Positions 16,981-26,408 of a DNA stretch of 64,000 bases are shown here, piece after piece. The stretch comes from a virus. The notes below the pieces were generated by a model. It searched no databases. It saw nothing but the letters and a program-made list of their open reading frames with translations, and was not told the origin of the DNA. The stretch is from IMG/VR virus record IMGVR_UViG_3300017605_000140, positions 1 through 64,000 of that record. One strand, given 5' to 3'. The stretch's first letter is position 1. Each line of letters starts with the position of its first letter. A program made the position numbers and the translations under genes.

Positions 16981-16989
16981 ATTAAACTC

Positions 16990-17184
16990 CTATTGAGGTC
17001 TCTTGGGTCTTCCAGCAGCTTTTTTAGCAACTTTAATGGGTTTGGTGGCTTTATACGCTGTAGCGCTAGGTGCTGCTACTTTCTTAGGATTGGCGGCAGT
17101 ACCTACTGTTCGCTTATCTGTGGATTTTCTAGCCGCAGCTACAGCTCTTTTAGCTGTTTTCTTTGGTGGCTTTACTTCAGCCAT
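16990..17184 (-). CDS. K/A-rich histone-like basic protein
   Basis: AGGAG SD before MAEVKPPKKTAKRA; PKK/AKK repeats. Confidence 0.7.
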   Translation of the reverse strand: MAEVKPPKKTAKRAVAAARKSTDKRTVGTAANPKKVAAPSATAYKATKPIKVAKKAAGRPKRPQ

Positions 17185-17194
17185 GTTAATACTC

Positions 17195-17521
17195 CTAGGT
17201 TTGAGGCAAAGAAGGGAAACTAGTTCCTCCATAGCCCCCTTCAGTACCACTGAAATCACCGAATTGAGCCGAGAAAGAATCGTCTATAGATATTATGTCT
17301 ATAATACCAAGCGGATCAGTGCGGTATCCGAATCTATTAGGTACTAATCCTATATTGGGAATGGGAGGTCTTTTATTCATGGAAATAGCCGCAGCGTGCT
17401 TTAACAACTGCAAAGACACTAGTTCTTCAGCAACAGACTGTACTGGACGAGCTACAGTATAAATATTGTCGTTACCTTGTTCCCGCTTTGTCGGGTTATA
17501 ATTCTGATTTTGCTTTTGCAT
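17195..17521 (-). CDS. hypothetical protein
   Basis: ORF track, tight operon packing. Confidence 0.7.
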   Translation of the reverse strand: MQKQNQNYNPTKREQGNDNIYTVARPVQSVAEELVSLQLLKHAAAISMNKRPPIPNIGLVPNRFGYRTDPLGIIDIISIDDSFSAQFGDFSGTEGGYGGTSFPSLPQT

Positions 17522-17524
17522 AGT

Positions 17525-18064
17525 TTACATGTACCCCGGACTATTGATTGACCGATGAAATTTACGAAGTTCAGGAGATACGACTTTCATTTGTGGATCA
17601 TATGAAATATTAAGTTCTTGTGCTAACCGTATAGCCTCGTCGTTACTTATGAACTTACCCCCATGCGCCAAGCGCTCAATAGGATTACCCTGAGCAGCAT
17701 ATCTTTGTTTATCGCCCGCTATTCTTCGTTCTAAAGTGGAATACGGAGTTAGATCATCCGGCCAGAAATAATCAGTTGTAGCTATCTTAGATCCTTTGTG
17801 GACACCTCTGGTGTAGCTTCTAGCATTGTTTCTGACAGTCTGCATCAGCTTATCCTGACGTCTGTCAATTACCGAACCAAGATAACCGTCAGGATATTGT
17901 GCCTCAGGAGTTTTACCTGTAGCAGCCGCTAAACGAGCATCAAGAATACTGCGGAAACCAGTAAGAGCCTGTCCGCCTCCACCCGCATACTGTGTTACCG
18001 AACCTTGCTGCCCTACTGGCGGATTATAGGAAACATTGTTCATACCTGCTACAGAACTTGGCAT
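17525..18064 (-). CDS. hypothetical protein (PEAQYPDGYLG...RGVHKG)
   Basis: ORF track, tight operon packing. Confidence 0.75.
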   Translation of the reverse strand: MPSSVAGMNNVSYNPPVGQQGSVTQYAGGGGQALTGFRSILDARLAAATGKTPEAQYPDGYLGSVIDRRQDKLMQTVRNNARSYTRGVHKGSKIATTDYFWPDDLTPYSTLERRIAGDKQRYAAQGNPIERLAHGGKFISNDEAIRLAQELNISYDPQMKVVSPELRKFHRSINSPGYM

Positions 18065-18065
18065 A

Positions 18066-18401
18066 TCAATCTTCTATCTCTAGTTTTTCTACAATTTTCT
18101 TAAGAATCGAAAGAGCCTCAATATCCGCTGCCAGATCTTGTTCTATCCGAGAACTGTCTCTGGCTACTTGGCGATTCTGGGACAGAAGCAGAATAGGTCC
18201 TGTAAAGCCAGCCTGAAATGAGTACACTAAGTTAAGAAGTACAAAAGGATAACCATCCCAAATTAATCCCCAGCCATGAATACTGTTAAGCAATATCCAG
18301 CAAACAGTGAATAATGCTTGTCCTATAATAAACTTCCAGGTACCCATTCCCTGTGTAATACCATCAGCGGTTCTTTCGCCAAAATTACGGGTATCTTTCA
18401 T
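18066..18401 (-). CDS. DUF1003-family membrane protein
   Basis: MGTWKFI, WDGYPFVLLNL, PILLLSQNRQ. Confidence 0.85.
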   Translation of the reverse strand: MKDTRNFGERTADGITQGMGTWKFIIGQALFTVCWILLNSIHGWGLIWDGYPFVLLNLVYSFQAGFTGPILLLSQNRQVARDSSRIEQDLAADIEALSILKKIVEKLEIED

Positions 18402-18721
18402 TACATAGTTCTGCCGTACTTCGACTTTGAACGAAACTGGTCAGTCCACGATCCACGAGACGGCATCATCAGAACGTGTCGTTGTCCCTGAGTGGCCTCA
18501 GCGGCATTCTGAGCGTACAGCGTAGCGGTAGGGTGTAGAGATGCCCCCATACGCTCAAAAGTGGCTCTACGGTGCCCTGTAGGCCCTTCTAGAGCATTCC
18601 CTTGCTTACCTGCTCCACCCTTGGGACGTAAACGTCCACGTTCAGGCTTAGCGGTGTTGGTAAGAGTAGCGGCGGAAGTTCCCATTGTAGGAAAAGATCC
18701 AGTCCCTATTTCTGTTGTCAT
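18401..18721 (-). CDS. hypothetical protein
   Basis: AGGAG SD. Confidence 0.7.
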   Translation of the reverse strand: MTTEIGTGSFPTMGTSAATLTNTAKPERGRLRPKGGAGKQGNALEGPTGHRRATFERMGASLHPTATLYAQNAAEATQGQRHVLMMPSRGSWTDQFRSKSKYGRTM

Positions 18722-18722
18722 A

Positions 18723-18965
18723 TTAACTCCTGTAATAGTCTAAGATTCGATTTTGCTGATATGTGGCAGTGCTCTGACCGTTAATACTTCCCTGAATAGG
18801 AGAAAGCACAGAAGAAGGAAAGTAATCATGCGGAGCCATCTGCTGAATACTATGAGTAGATCCTCCACCAGTAATCCCGGAAGAAAACTCCGCTACCCTA
18901 GATGTCGGCATAGTTGATCCAGAAGGACTGGCAGGCATTCCTACACGATATTCTGTTCCGGGCAT
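18723..18965 (-). CDS. S/G/T-rich hypothetical protein
   Basis: AGGAG SD. Confidence 0.65.
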   Translation of the reverse strand: MPGTEYRVGMPASPSGSTMPTSRVAEFSSGITGGGSTHSIQQMAPHDYFPSSVLSPIQGSINGQSTATYQQNRILDYYRS

Positions 18966-18980
18966 TTTATACTCCTGTAT

Positions 18981-19268
18981 TTAATTCACTACAATTCGAA
19001 AAGTTAAAGCTGATATTTCTCCGTCAGCCATAGTTACTGTGGTAAAACCTGCTAGTACGAGAAGTCTGCCTATCCCTCTGGGAGCAACATAACCATTGGC
19101 GATAGCTACAGCCTTCATGGACTGGTTCACAGCGGCGGCGCCTATAGCTCTAATAACAACTTCTTTGTTCTCGTATATATTATTCGCTATCGCAGCGGCC
19201 AGATTCGCGGCAGAAGAAGAAGATTTTACTTTAAGCAGCACCTCATTGTCATTCAAATTCTCAACCAT
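18981..19268 (-). CDS. spoVS: SpoVS-family (Alba-like) protein
   Basis: LKVKSSS..LAAAIA..RAIGAAAVNQSMKAVAIA.GYVAPRG. Confidence 0.9.
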   Translation of the reverse strand: MVENLNDNEVLLKVKSSSSAANLAAAIANNIYENKEVVIRAIGAAAVNQSMKAVAIANGYVAPRGIGRLLVLAGFTTVTMADGEISALTFRIVVN

Positions 19269-19360
19269 ATTTTTCTCCAGTTTTTAATGCATAGATGTCT
19301 ATTTGATTATACAGATAAAATAAAAAGCCCTATCATCCATTATAGACGAAGGGCTCTGTT

Positions 19361-19855
19361 TTAATTATTGCAGTATATCATATAGGCCAGACCATAAGCA
19401 TCTGCTAAATTGTGGTCCGTTATGTCAGGTTCTAGTTTCTGTACAGCAGCTACCATATCTGCTTTAGAAGCATTTCCCTTTCCAGTCATGAATTTTTTTA
19501 GCTCTGTAGGTGCGACTATAATAGCTTCTTTTTTGGTAGCGTCATACCAGGCTGTTTTTACTATACCTCCCAGTTCTCCCATTTTTTCTCTATTGAGTTT
19601 AGCGCCGTAAGCGTACCCCTCCATAGCCATTTTTACAGGTATCTCGGATAACACTAAATTCCAGAATAAATGGTTGAGATAGTCAAAGATTATAAGCAGT
19701 CTTTCACCATCGCCGTCTGTCTTCTTAAATTTAAGGAGCTGTTTGTCTGCAACTTCTCCTTTTTCGTTAAATACCACAAGCCCAAATCCCCCGTAACTTT
19801 GGTCTATACCAATGAAGAGAGATTTGGGCTTTGGTAGATGTTCTAAATCATCCAT
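19361..19855 (-). CDS. ruvC: RuvC-like Holliday junction resolvase
   Basis: IGIDQS, MEGY, LKKFMTGKGNASK, NLADAYGLA. Confidence 0.88.
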   Translation of the reverse strand: MDDLEHLPKPKSLFIGIDQSYGGFGLVVFNEKGEVADKQLLKFKKTDGDGERLLIIFDYLNHLFWNLVLSEIPVKMAMEGYAYGAKLNREKMGELGGIVKTAWYDATKKEAIIVAPTELKKFMTGKGNASKADMVAAVQKLEPDITDHNLADAYGLAYMIYCNN

Positions 19856-19941
19856 TTATTACTTAGTCCAAAAGGTATAGCATATCTTTGAACAATAAGG
19901 AAACCACTGAGGTACGGCTTCGTATGCTCCACATTTACACA

Positions 19942-20337
19942 TCACTTTACATTCACCTTTACTACGTAGAGATCTTTTTGTTTAGCCAAATCATAGGTCA
20001 TCTGAGTGCCAACGTTTCTGTGATTTTCCATAAAAAATGTTAACACAACATCTGGTTCTTCGTCAATCATTTGCTTATTACGCAAATAAAATCCTCTTTT
20101 AAAGTTTCTCTGTCCGTGTGTATTTGGAAATACTCGTATATTCCAACCCTTACGCTCCGCATGGAGCTGAGCAAGACCATCAGCTCCTTTATAGGGTGTA
20201 CCTGTCTCTTCTCCTACAGGACAGCCTCCATGAATAAGTGTAACCTCGTCATCATCGAATTTATCAAGAAAATAGGCTACTACCCACAATTTAGCTAATG
20301 GTAATAGCCTAGATCCTGATACGCATATTAATGCCAT
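19942..20337 (-). CDS. YspA/DUF2493 SLOG-family protein
   Basis: VSGSR, IHGGC...GADGLA, RNKQM, GTQM. Confidence 0.85.
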   Translation of the reverse strand: MALICVSGSRLLPLAKLWVVAYFLDKFDDDEVTLIHGGCPVGEETGTPYKGADGLAQLHAERKGWNIRVFPNTHGQRNFKRGFYLRNKQMIDEEPDVVLTFFMENHRNVGTQMTYDLAKQKDLYVVKVNVK

Positions 20338-20480
20338 CCTGGCATCTTTCCTTTAATTGAAAAAGGTGTTCTACAACTTCTACAGTAAAATTTAGTTTCG
20401 TTGGTTACTCGGATATATTTACGTATTTCTAAGGTACTTGAATCTGCATTCCTGCATTTAGGGCAAGATATTTTTGACAT
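20328..20480 (-). CDS. small Zn-ribbon protein, 50 aa (not in ORF track)
   Basis: MSKISCPKC...FYCRSC. Confidence 0.6.
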   Translation of the reverse strand: MSKISCPKCRNADSSTLEIRKYIRVTNETKFYCRSCRTPFSIKGKMPGWH

Positions 20481-20601
20481 TATCTATCCCCGAACCATAA
20501 TTGACAGTAACCACACCACCACTTTTTAATAGCCTCAGTTTTATTGCTTCTCACTACATAATCTGATCTATTACAGAAAGCACAACTAGGTTTACCGAGC
20601 C

Positions 20602-20805
20602 TCATTTAGCCGAGTGCTTACCAGTCGAAGGCTTATTGCTATCCTCATACGCCTTAATTGCTGGATAAGAAGTAGTGGCAGTATCCCCATAGGCATTATC
20701 CACCAATGCTACATCAGCCGCTACGCGCTCGGCCTCTGTCATTGACGGAATAGGCGCTGAATTACTCGTCTTGCTATGCTTACCAGACTTTCCCATAATT
20801 CCCAT
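20602..20805 (-). CDS. hypothetical protein with GKHS motifs at both ends
   Basis: AGGAG SD before MGIMGKSGKHS. Confidence 0.65.
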   Translation of the reverse strand: MGIMGKSGKHSKTSNSAPIPSMTEAERVAADVALVDNAYGDTATTSYPAIKAYEDSNKPSTGKHSAK

Positions 20806-20815
20806 TATATTCTCC

Positions 20816-20959
20816 TTAACTAATCGGTCGCCAGTCGAAATGAATCTTGCCATTAGCCTGAAGTACCATAATACGCTGACGCGTAGGCTTCGGCTTACTT
20901 CCGCTTACCTTAGTCCGCTTCTTAACCGCAGGGATGTTGCTCTTAGTCTTACTGGCCAT
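20816..20959 (-). CDS. small basic protein, 47 aa (not in ORF track)
   Basis: MASKTKSNIPAVKKRTK...; TAATG overlap. Confidence 0.6.
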   Translation of the reverse strand: MASKTKSNIPAVKKRTKVSGSKPKPTRQRIMVLQANGKIHFDWRPIS

Positions 20960-21174
20960 TACCAAACCTCCGTAGTCAGTACCCAGCTATTGTAATCATC
21001 CAAATTATCCTCATCAATACTCTCCATAAAACGGTGCTGAAGCTTCTCAACATAGCGAGCCCCAACACCGTTTAACATCCGCAATTCATTACCTTCCTCA
21101 TCAGAGGACATAATAACAGGAGTATCCAGGGGGTATTCTTTGAGCATCTCTATAAATTCTCGTACGGTTACCAC
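20959..21174 (-). CDS. hypothetical protein
   Basis: TVREFIEML...SSDEEGN phage motif. Confidence 0.75.
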   Translation of the reverse strand: MVTVREFIEMLKEYPLDTPVIMSSDEEGNELRMLNGVGARYVEKLQHRFMESIDEDNLDDYNSWVLTTEVW

Positions 21175-21509
21175 GAAATCTCCACCACATACCTGCCAGA
21201 GTCGACTTTATCTTGCTCAAAAAGCCATTGCATTAGAACGCGAGTGTCTGGATAATAACAACTGCAATCATCTTCGTCAATATAATCGCCACCCGTTAGC
21301 CACTTACCAAAGTTATGATCTGCCCACATATCAATAACCTCATTGGGGCCTACGTCAAAAATTACACAGGTACTACTGGAATACATATTTTCAGCATCCA
21401 TAACATTCCAGTCATCCCGGTCAAACGGTTCAAGATACACAGCAGCAAACTTGTCAAGCTCTTGGTAGTGAATAAATTTCACATTTTCGTACTTAAGCTG
21501 CGGTTCCAT
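21168..21509 (-). CDS. acidic hypothetical protein
   Basis: AGGAG SD. Confidence 0.75.
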   Translation of the reverse strand: MEPQLKYENVKFIHYQELDKFAAVYLEPFDRDDWNVMDAENMYSSSTCVIFDVGPNEVIDMWADHNFGKWLTGGDYIDEDDCSCYYPDTRVLMQWLFEQDKVDSGRYVVEISW

Positions 21510-21517
21510 ATTTCCTC

Positions 21518-21997
21518 CTAGGAATACTTATCGCTTCTGTCTTCGTTACTCCGTCTGGCCAATCTGCGGGACAACTCCCGAGATACTGTTTTACCACAGG
21601 ACTCCAGGTGGGTATAGTAGCTCCTGGTGAGCTTCGCTGTTGCGTATGCTACATCAACGTGGTCTTCCGCGTCAAGGTATTCAGGTTCTTGCTGAACCAT
21701 GGCCTTGGTAGCAGCAACAGTCTTTTCTTTCTTGTGTGTAATGCTGTACTTATCGAATATTCTTTGCAGAATACGCTCTGACTTTCTTTCCTCTATTTCT
21801 GCCAGAGCCACCTGATAACCTGCGTAACCTGTCCAATTGGTAAAAGATACGTACAGTTCCATCAGGGAATGGTCAGGAAGATCGGACAATCCTTGTGGAA
21901 GATCCGGAGCTTCGTTTGATGGTCGGTCGGGTGCTTTTAATCCCGTCAGAATGCTCTGTGCTCCCCAACCCTTCTGTACTGGATTTCTCTGCACCAT
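21518..21997 (-). CDS. helical protein, possible UvsY-like recombination mediator
   Basis: Coiled-coil, SRELSRR end, located with Cas4-like/RecA genes; function inferred. Confidence 0.45.
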   Translation of the reverse strand: MVQRNPVQKGWGAQSILTGLKAPDRPSNEAPDLPQGLSDLPDHSLMELYVSFTNWTGYAGYQVALAEIEERKSERILQRIFDKYSITHKKEKTVAATKAMVQQEPEYLDAEDHVDVAYATAKLTRSYYTHLESCGKTVSRELSRRLARRSNEDRSDKYS

Positions 21998-22883
21998 TAT
22001 AAATCTCACAATCTTTACAAGAAGTACCAGTAGGACACTGGGGAGTACTTTCCCCAATAAGGGCTTGCACTATTTCTGCACAGCTATTTAAAATATCGTC
22101 ACAGTAACTAGGGTCGTATTTAACCACAAATTCTTTGGCACCCTGATTAAATTTTGATTCATAAAGAAATATGATTTGGGTATAATCAAGTCCCATAAGG
22201 CTGCACAGAGTAAGATAAAGTTGTCCCTGTCTGACGTGATCAGGAAAAGGTTCCTTGATGGCTTTCCACAATCCTTGCAGATCTATCATGGCTCCGTCAG
22301 TGTGCGCATCGTAAATTTTCGGAGCGGATATACGTACCGTACCAGTTCCCACAGACTTAATCTCAATAAGAGACTTTAACCGAGGAATAGCACCATCAGC
22401 ATGCCCGGAAATAAGATACTGTTCTGCATATAGGGGAACCTCGCGGTATATAAGAGATTTCGTAGGAATACACCCGCAGACAGGAGGAAGACAATTTTTC
22501 CAAAAACCATCTCCACAAGGACATTCCCAATTACCCCAAAGATCTCCCATATCCCGCAAGCGTTTCTGCCATTTATCGTGAATATAGTGTCCCTCATCAA
22601 AAATATTGAGAAGCTGCACCCCAGTACTAGCAGTAGGCTTCAGATAGGGGTTGTCTGCCTCTCTGCACGCCTTTATACGATAATAGGTACTTCTGGGGCA
22701 CCAATCAGACTTGGCAAGCTCAGAGGGATGGATAATGTCCTGTCTACGATTACTCGGCTTAGCATGCTCCTTCATCATGTGCGCTTGGATATCCCCAAGC
22801 AGTAATGTGCCCTTTGAAGCATTGGCGTAATCAGCCAATCTCCCGGTAAGTTTAACTCCCCATCCTTTACCTATTGCTGGCAA
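21873..22883 (-). CDS. Cas4-like PD-(D/E)xK exonuclease
   Basis: HPSE..WCPR, GHADG, EIKS, QxxxY, C-terminal Cys cluster; AAAGGAG SD before TTG 22883. Confidence 0.85.
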   Translation of the reverse strand: MPAIGKGWGVKLTGRLADYANASKGTLLLGDIQAHMMKEHAKPSNRRQDIIHPSELAKSDWCPRSTYYRIKACREADNPYLKPTASTGVQLLNIFDEGHYIHDKWQKRLRDMGDLWGNWECPCGDGFWKNCLPPVCGCIPTKSLIYREVPLYAEQYLISGHADGAIPRLKSLIEIKSVGTGTVRISAPKIYDAHTDGAMIDLQGLWKAIKEPFPDHVRQGQLYLTLCSLMGLDYTQIIFLYESKFNQGAKEFVVKYDPSYCDDILNSCAEIVQALIGESTPQCPTGTSCKDCEIYNGAEKSSTEGLGSTEHSDGIKSTRPTIKRSSGSSTRIVRSS

Positions 22884-23193
22884 GTCGTTGCTCCTTTCTA
22901 AGTTTCCGTAAAGATGCCCGTTCTTGCGGACTGGTTCCGCCCCAAACCCCATAACGTTCATTATTAACCATGGCAAACTCTAAGCATACAGCGAGTAAAG
23001 GACAAGGATTGTTATCGTATGTCCCTTTGCATATAGCTTTGGCTTCGTCTGTTTCGTCAGGTATTTCTGCGTCCTCAGTATTACTGAACCATGGGTCATA
23101 CTCTGGTGTAGCTCGAAACATTACACATTTAGCTGTTTTACCGGGATCATCATTGAACCATTGTGGCGCCCCACTACGCAATTTCATTACCAA
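22867..23193 (-). CDS. whiB: WhiB-family transcription factor
   Basis: Four Cys, AKAIC..CP...C, YGVWGGT. Confidence 0.92.
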   Translation of the reverse strand: MVMKLRSGAPQWFNDDPGKTAKCVMFRATPEYDPWFSNTEDAEIPDETDEAKAICKGTYDNNPCPLLAVCLEFAMVNNERYGVWGGTSPQERASLRKLRKEQRLASNR

Positions 23194-23503
23194 AATTTGC
23201 TTCTTTCCTGAGAGTAATATAATCCTCTTTTGAGAGGATAACCCAAGAATTTCCTGAGGATTTAAACTCTACCAGAAAGACTGGCATTCGTCCATCTACA
23301 AGAGCTTGATTTGCATTTTTTTCAAGTTCAGCATCTTTTAAGGAATAAGATTTAGCAGAAGTTATTTTTAATTCCCATAACTCTTCTTCAGTTCTTACGT
23401 CGGATTTTCTTATCCATCCATTACCTGATCCAGAATTGACCGTACCCCCGAGCTTTCGCGCGAGGGTACGTTCTTGTTTCTGGCTATCTTTGTACGTAGC
23501 CAT
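23174..23503 (-). CDS. Hjc-like Holliday junction resolvase / endonuclease
   Basis: QE..LA, SGSG, KSDV, WELK. Confidence 0.8.
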   Translation of the reverse strand: MATYKDSQKQERTLARKLGGTVNSGSGNGWIRKSDVRTEEELWELKITSAKSYSLKDAELEKNANQALVDGRMPVFLVEFKSSGNSWVILSKEDYITLRKEANFGNEIA

Positions 23504-23649
23504 ATGTGTCCTTTATGCCAGTCCCAGCTTATAGCCAAGGTAAATACACAGCAAATTAATCTGAACGATAAAAGCGGTAGAAGGTACTGACCAGTTATAG
23601 TTATTAACCAGATCGTCCATCTGATCCCACAGCATATCCATTACAGTCA

Positions 23650-24267
23650 TCACTTCAACTCCCATTTGTGAAGATAGTCATTCTCCAGCAAGACCTTATA
23701 TGAAGCATTTAGTTCTCGTAGAGAGACTACCATGCCTTCAGCCTTAAAACCAGGCGCGGCTACTGAACCATTAGTTACCAGAGATTCCCGAAGATTCTTC
23801 AAATCCATGTCAAGAAATGATCCTTGGTACAGTAGTGGAACTGTGCACAGTTCTTCTACGTCAGTAGAGCCAGGGTGAACATCAATTATCTCTTCCCAGC
23901 GTCTAACATTGAACAAGGAAAAGCGGCGAGTTCCATTTGTTAATCCGTAACCTCTCTGAATCTTGTTTCCCCACCATTCTCCGTAATGGTCTCCCAAACC
24001 TAGGATCTCAACTAGAGCAGTAGCATTAGAAGATACCCACGCAGCAAATCCGAAGTTATCCTCATGCTTTGTGGGACGAAGAAAACGCGTGCGTGACTGT
24101 GCCCATATGTTATAGCTGTCAGAAGAAACTACAATATCGGTTTGATTATTGTAAAGTCCATGAGATGGGCGTATACGAATACACGAATTAGATCCGTCAA
24201 TCTTTTCAGTTACGGTAGCTATCTCTTTGGAGAGTCGCGGAATACTGGGCCACTTCTGAAATTCCAT
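23650..24267 (-). CDS. RNA ligase
   Basis: Motif I TEKIDGSN, QSR, DNFGFA, YGEWWG, FSLFN, EGMV, YK. Confidence 0.88.
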   Translation of the reverse strand: MEFQKWPSIPRLSKEIATVTEKIDGSNSCIRIRPSHGLYNNQTDIVVSSDSYNIWAQSRTRFLRPTKHEDNFGFAAWVSSNATALVEILGLGDHYGEWWGNKIQRGYGLTNGTRRFSLFNVRRWEEIIDVHPGSTDVEELCTVPLLYQGSFLDMDLKNLRESLVTNGSVAAPGFKAEGMVVSLRELNASYKVLLENDYLHKWELK

Positions 24268-24482
24268 CAGTTATCCCCCAACTCGTAATCATTCATAGCA
24301 GACAACGCGTGAAGAGTCTCAATAAAATCATAATGACCAGCCGCATACTTATCGATTATAGCTTTCTTCATATCAAAAACATCATCAGCAGTAAGGTTAA
24401 GATCCTCTACAATTTCTAGGATTACATCTTGTGTATGCTGCATATCTTCGAGGTCAAGTTCTTCTTCACACTTGGCACACAT
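24267..24482 (-). CDS. acidic hypothetical protein
   Basis: GGAG SD. Confidence 0.7.
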   Translation of the reverse strand: MCAKCEEELDLEDMQHTQDVILEIVEDLNLTADDVFDMKKAIIDKYAAGHYDFIETLHALSAMNDYELGDN

Positions 24483-24499
24483 TTTTAACTCCAGATATA

Positions 24500-24880
24500 T
24501 TAGATATAGGGTTCGAGTATTGTCGTAATATCCGCAGTACTACCTAAAGTAGAAGGTATAAGAACGCCCTTAGTTATGCGTGACAGATTAGTAATGCGTT
24601 CTTCTATGGTATAGGTAAAACTTTCCGGATGCAGTTCGTTGTTGTCCGTGCACAGCAGTGTAACACTGAAGGTACCGGGTCCGCTACTGTTCGGGGTACC
24701 TCCTAGCGTACCGGGAAGTACGGCGGTGACTGGTGTCATAGACAAAAACTGGTTGTCAGTAGTATCATTCAGTGATTTAACACTGGGAATGAATAATACC
24801 GTTCCTGTTTCTCCAGCTCCGCTTAAAGGGTTTATGTACTTACCCGTAACAATTATAGTTTTTCCATTGGTAATTGGCAT
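24500..24880 (-). CDS. stand-alone beta domain resembling N-terminus of actinophage tail fibres
   Basis: VTGKY..P..G.V.F.P...GTFSVTL..TD...P..FTY.IEE pattern. Confidence 0.5.
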   Translation of the reverse strand: MPITNGKTIIVTGKYINPLSGAGETGTVLFIPSVKSLNDTTDNQFLSMTPVTAVLPGTLGGTPNSSGPGTFSVTLLCTDNNELHPESFTYTIEERITNLSRITKGVLIPSTLGSTADITTILEPYI

Positions 24881-24883
24881 AAG

Positions 24884-25930
24884 TCAGTCTTTCTTGGTAG
24901 CTATGTTAAGAGTCCTGGTTCGTATCTCTTTCTGTAACTCCATATTACTGCGTATCTCTTCCACCATAGAATCTCGTCCCTGCCAGCGGAATGCCTCTGA
25001 CCCGTCAAGGGGTTCATAAGAAAACCAGGCTCCAGCTCTCCGTATTATTTTAAACAGAACAGCCATGGTAATAATATCCTTTACCAAGTCAAATTCCCCG
25101 GCCTTGAATCCTTTGTCAGAGTCCGTGAAGTAGAAATCTCCCATTGCTACAGTCTTGGGAATACCCGCTTTGTTCTTTTCCATAAGGTACTTATTGACCT
25201 GCCCGACTTTTATCTTTCCGGAACCATCCACTTTTTCTTCAATCCAGTCATCTCGGGATACAAGAACTTGCTGGTAAAAGAAATAGTTCTTAGCCTTTCC
25301 TCCTGGAGTTGTTGTGGGAGTTCCATAAGGTGAGAAACTTCCGATGGCATCTCGTAACTGATTGATAAAGAATCCAACCCAAGGTCTTTCGCTTGAGTGA
25401 AAGCCTTCAATCTTTCTGAAGAATTGCGCAGTACGCCGAGCGCCAAGAGCCATGGATTGCTGATCCATTTGCTTGTCAATTTCTTCTCCTGCGGCTAGTG
25501 CGGGATAACTGTCCAGCACAAGGCAATCAAACTGTTCCGACTTAGCCGCATCAATAAGCATTTGATAAACAGTTTCCATGTTGTTGCTATGGAAAACTAC
25601 TACTCTGTCATTATCAATACCGAAAGATTCTGCCCATTCCTCGTTATAAGGTTCGGAAGCTGCCCAGAATGTACTGAATTCAGGATTCGCTCTCTGGTTA
25701 GTACCTATGGTATGCAGAACAATACTCGTCTTTCCATTGGACTGCTTTCCATAGATCTCAATCCATTTATTAGTAGGCCATCCTCCTCCTGTTGCTACAT
25801 CTAATGCAAGTAGGCCAGTAGGAATTCTTCCTAATGGCGGCAGCTCCGCGCCTGTAAATAGCAGGGGCTTGCCTTCCTTCTCTAACTGCTTGTTCATCTG
25901 TGCCATGAATAGGCGAACTGAGTCTTGCAA
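24884..25930 (-). CDS. recA: RecA/UvsX recombinase
   Basis: IPTGLLALDVATGGGWP, EIYGKQSNGKTS, INQLRD, TTPGGKA. Confidence 0.95.
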   Translation of the reverse strand: MQDSVRLFMAQMNKQLEKEGKPLLFTGAELPPLGRIPTGLLALDVATGGGWPTNKWIEIYGKQSNGKTSIVLHTIGTNQRANPEFSTFWAASEPYNEEWAESFGIDNDRVVVFHSNNMETVYQMLIDAAKSEQFDCLVLDSYPALAAGEEIDKQMDQQSMALGARRTAQFFRKIEGFHSSERPWVGFFINQLRDAIGSFSPYGTPTTTPGGKAKNYFFYQQVLVSRDDWIEEKVDGSGKIKVGQVNKYLMEKNKAGIPKTVAMGDFYFTDSDKGFKAGEFDLVKDIITMAVLFKIIRRAGAWFSYEPLDGSEAFRWQGRDSMVEEIRSNMELQKEIRTRTLNIATKKD

Positions 25931-25947
25931 TCTCTCTCCTAAATAGC

Positions 25948-25988
25948 GTATGGCCTGGAGACTAGAGTCTACCAGGCCATACTGTCAA
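25948..25988 (-). promoter_or_regulatory. recA promoter overlapped by long inverted repeat
   Basis: TTGACA-N18-TAGTCT; GTATGGCCTGG(T)AGACT/AGTCTCCAGGCCATAC palindrome. Confidence 0.7.
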
Positions 25989-25997
25989 CGTCAATAC

Positions 25998-26186
25998 CTA
26001 AAAGAAATCAGAAGGATCTATATCTATACCCAATAGCGCGCAACCCAATGATATCGCTACTGCCAGTAGTACAATGGTCACCCATACAGGAGCACCCAAT
26101 GTCCACGATATGAAAGCACTTATAAATAACAAAACATCAAGAACTACCACAGTATATCCTCCTACAGGCCATACTATTTGTGTCAA
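25998..26186 (-). CDS. small membrane protein (2 TM)
   Basis: Hydrophobic sequence. Confidence 0.6.
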   Translation of the reverse strand: MTQIVWPVGGYTVVVLDVLLFISAFISWTLGAPVWVTIVLLAVAISLGCALLGIDIDPSDFF

Positions 26187-26207
26187 TGATAAAAAATTTA
26201 CGATGGT

Positions 26208-26393
26208 TCACTGTTCGTTGTTATCTTGAATACTACGAACACGATTAGCTGCTCGCACACAATCCAATACAAGAAATACACCGCAGACCAGACTAAGGAT
26301 TACTGCTCCCTTAGTAATAGCCAAAGCCAGCATAGTTGACCAAAAAATACCGAACAGTATGTCTGTAATAAGGAGTGCCTTCTCTAAAAACAT
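26208..26393 (-). CDS. small membrane protein (2 TM)
   Basis: AGGAG SD; hydrophobic. Confidence 0.7.
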   Translation of the reverse strand: MFLEKALLITDILFGIFWSTMLALAITKGAVILSLVCGVFLVLDCVRAANRVRSIQDNNEQ

Positions 26394-26408
26394 AGTATAT
26401 TCTCCTAG

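Noticed and set aside
21873-22883. CRISPR-Cas locus based on the Cas4-like gene
   Set aside because: Solo Cas4-like nucleases are routine phage recombination genes; no array present
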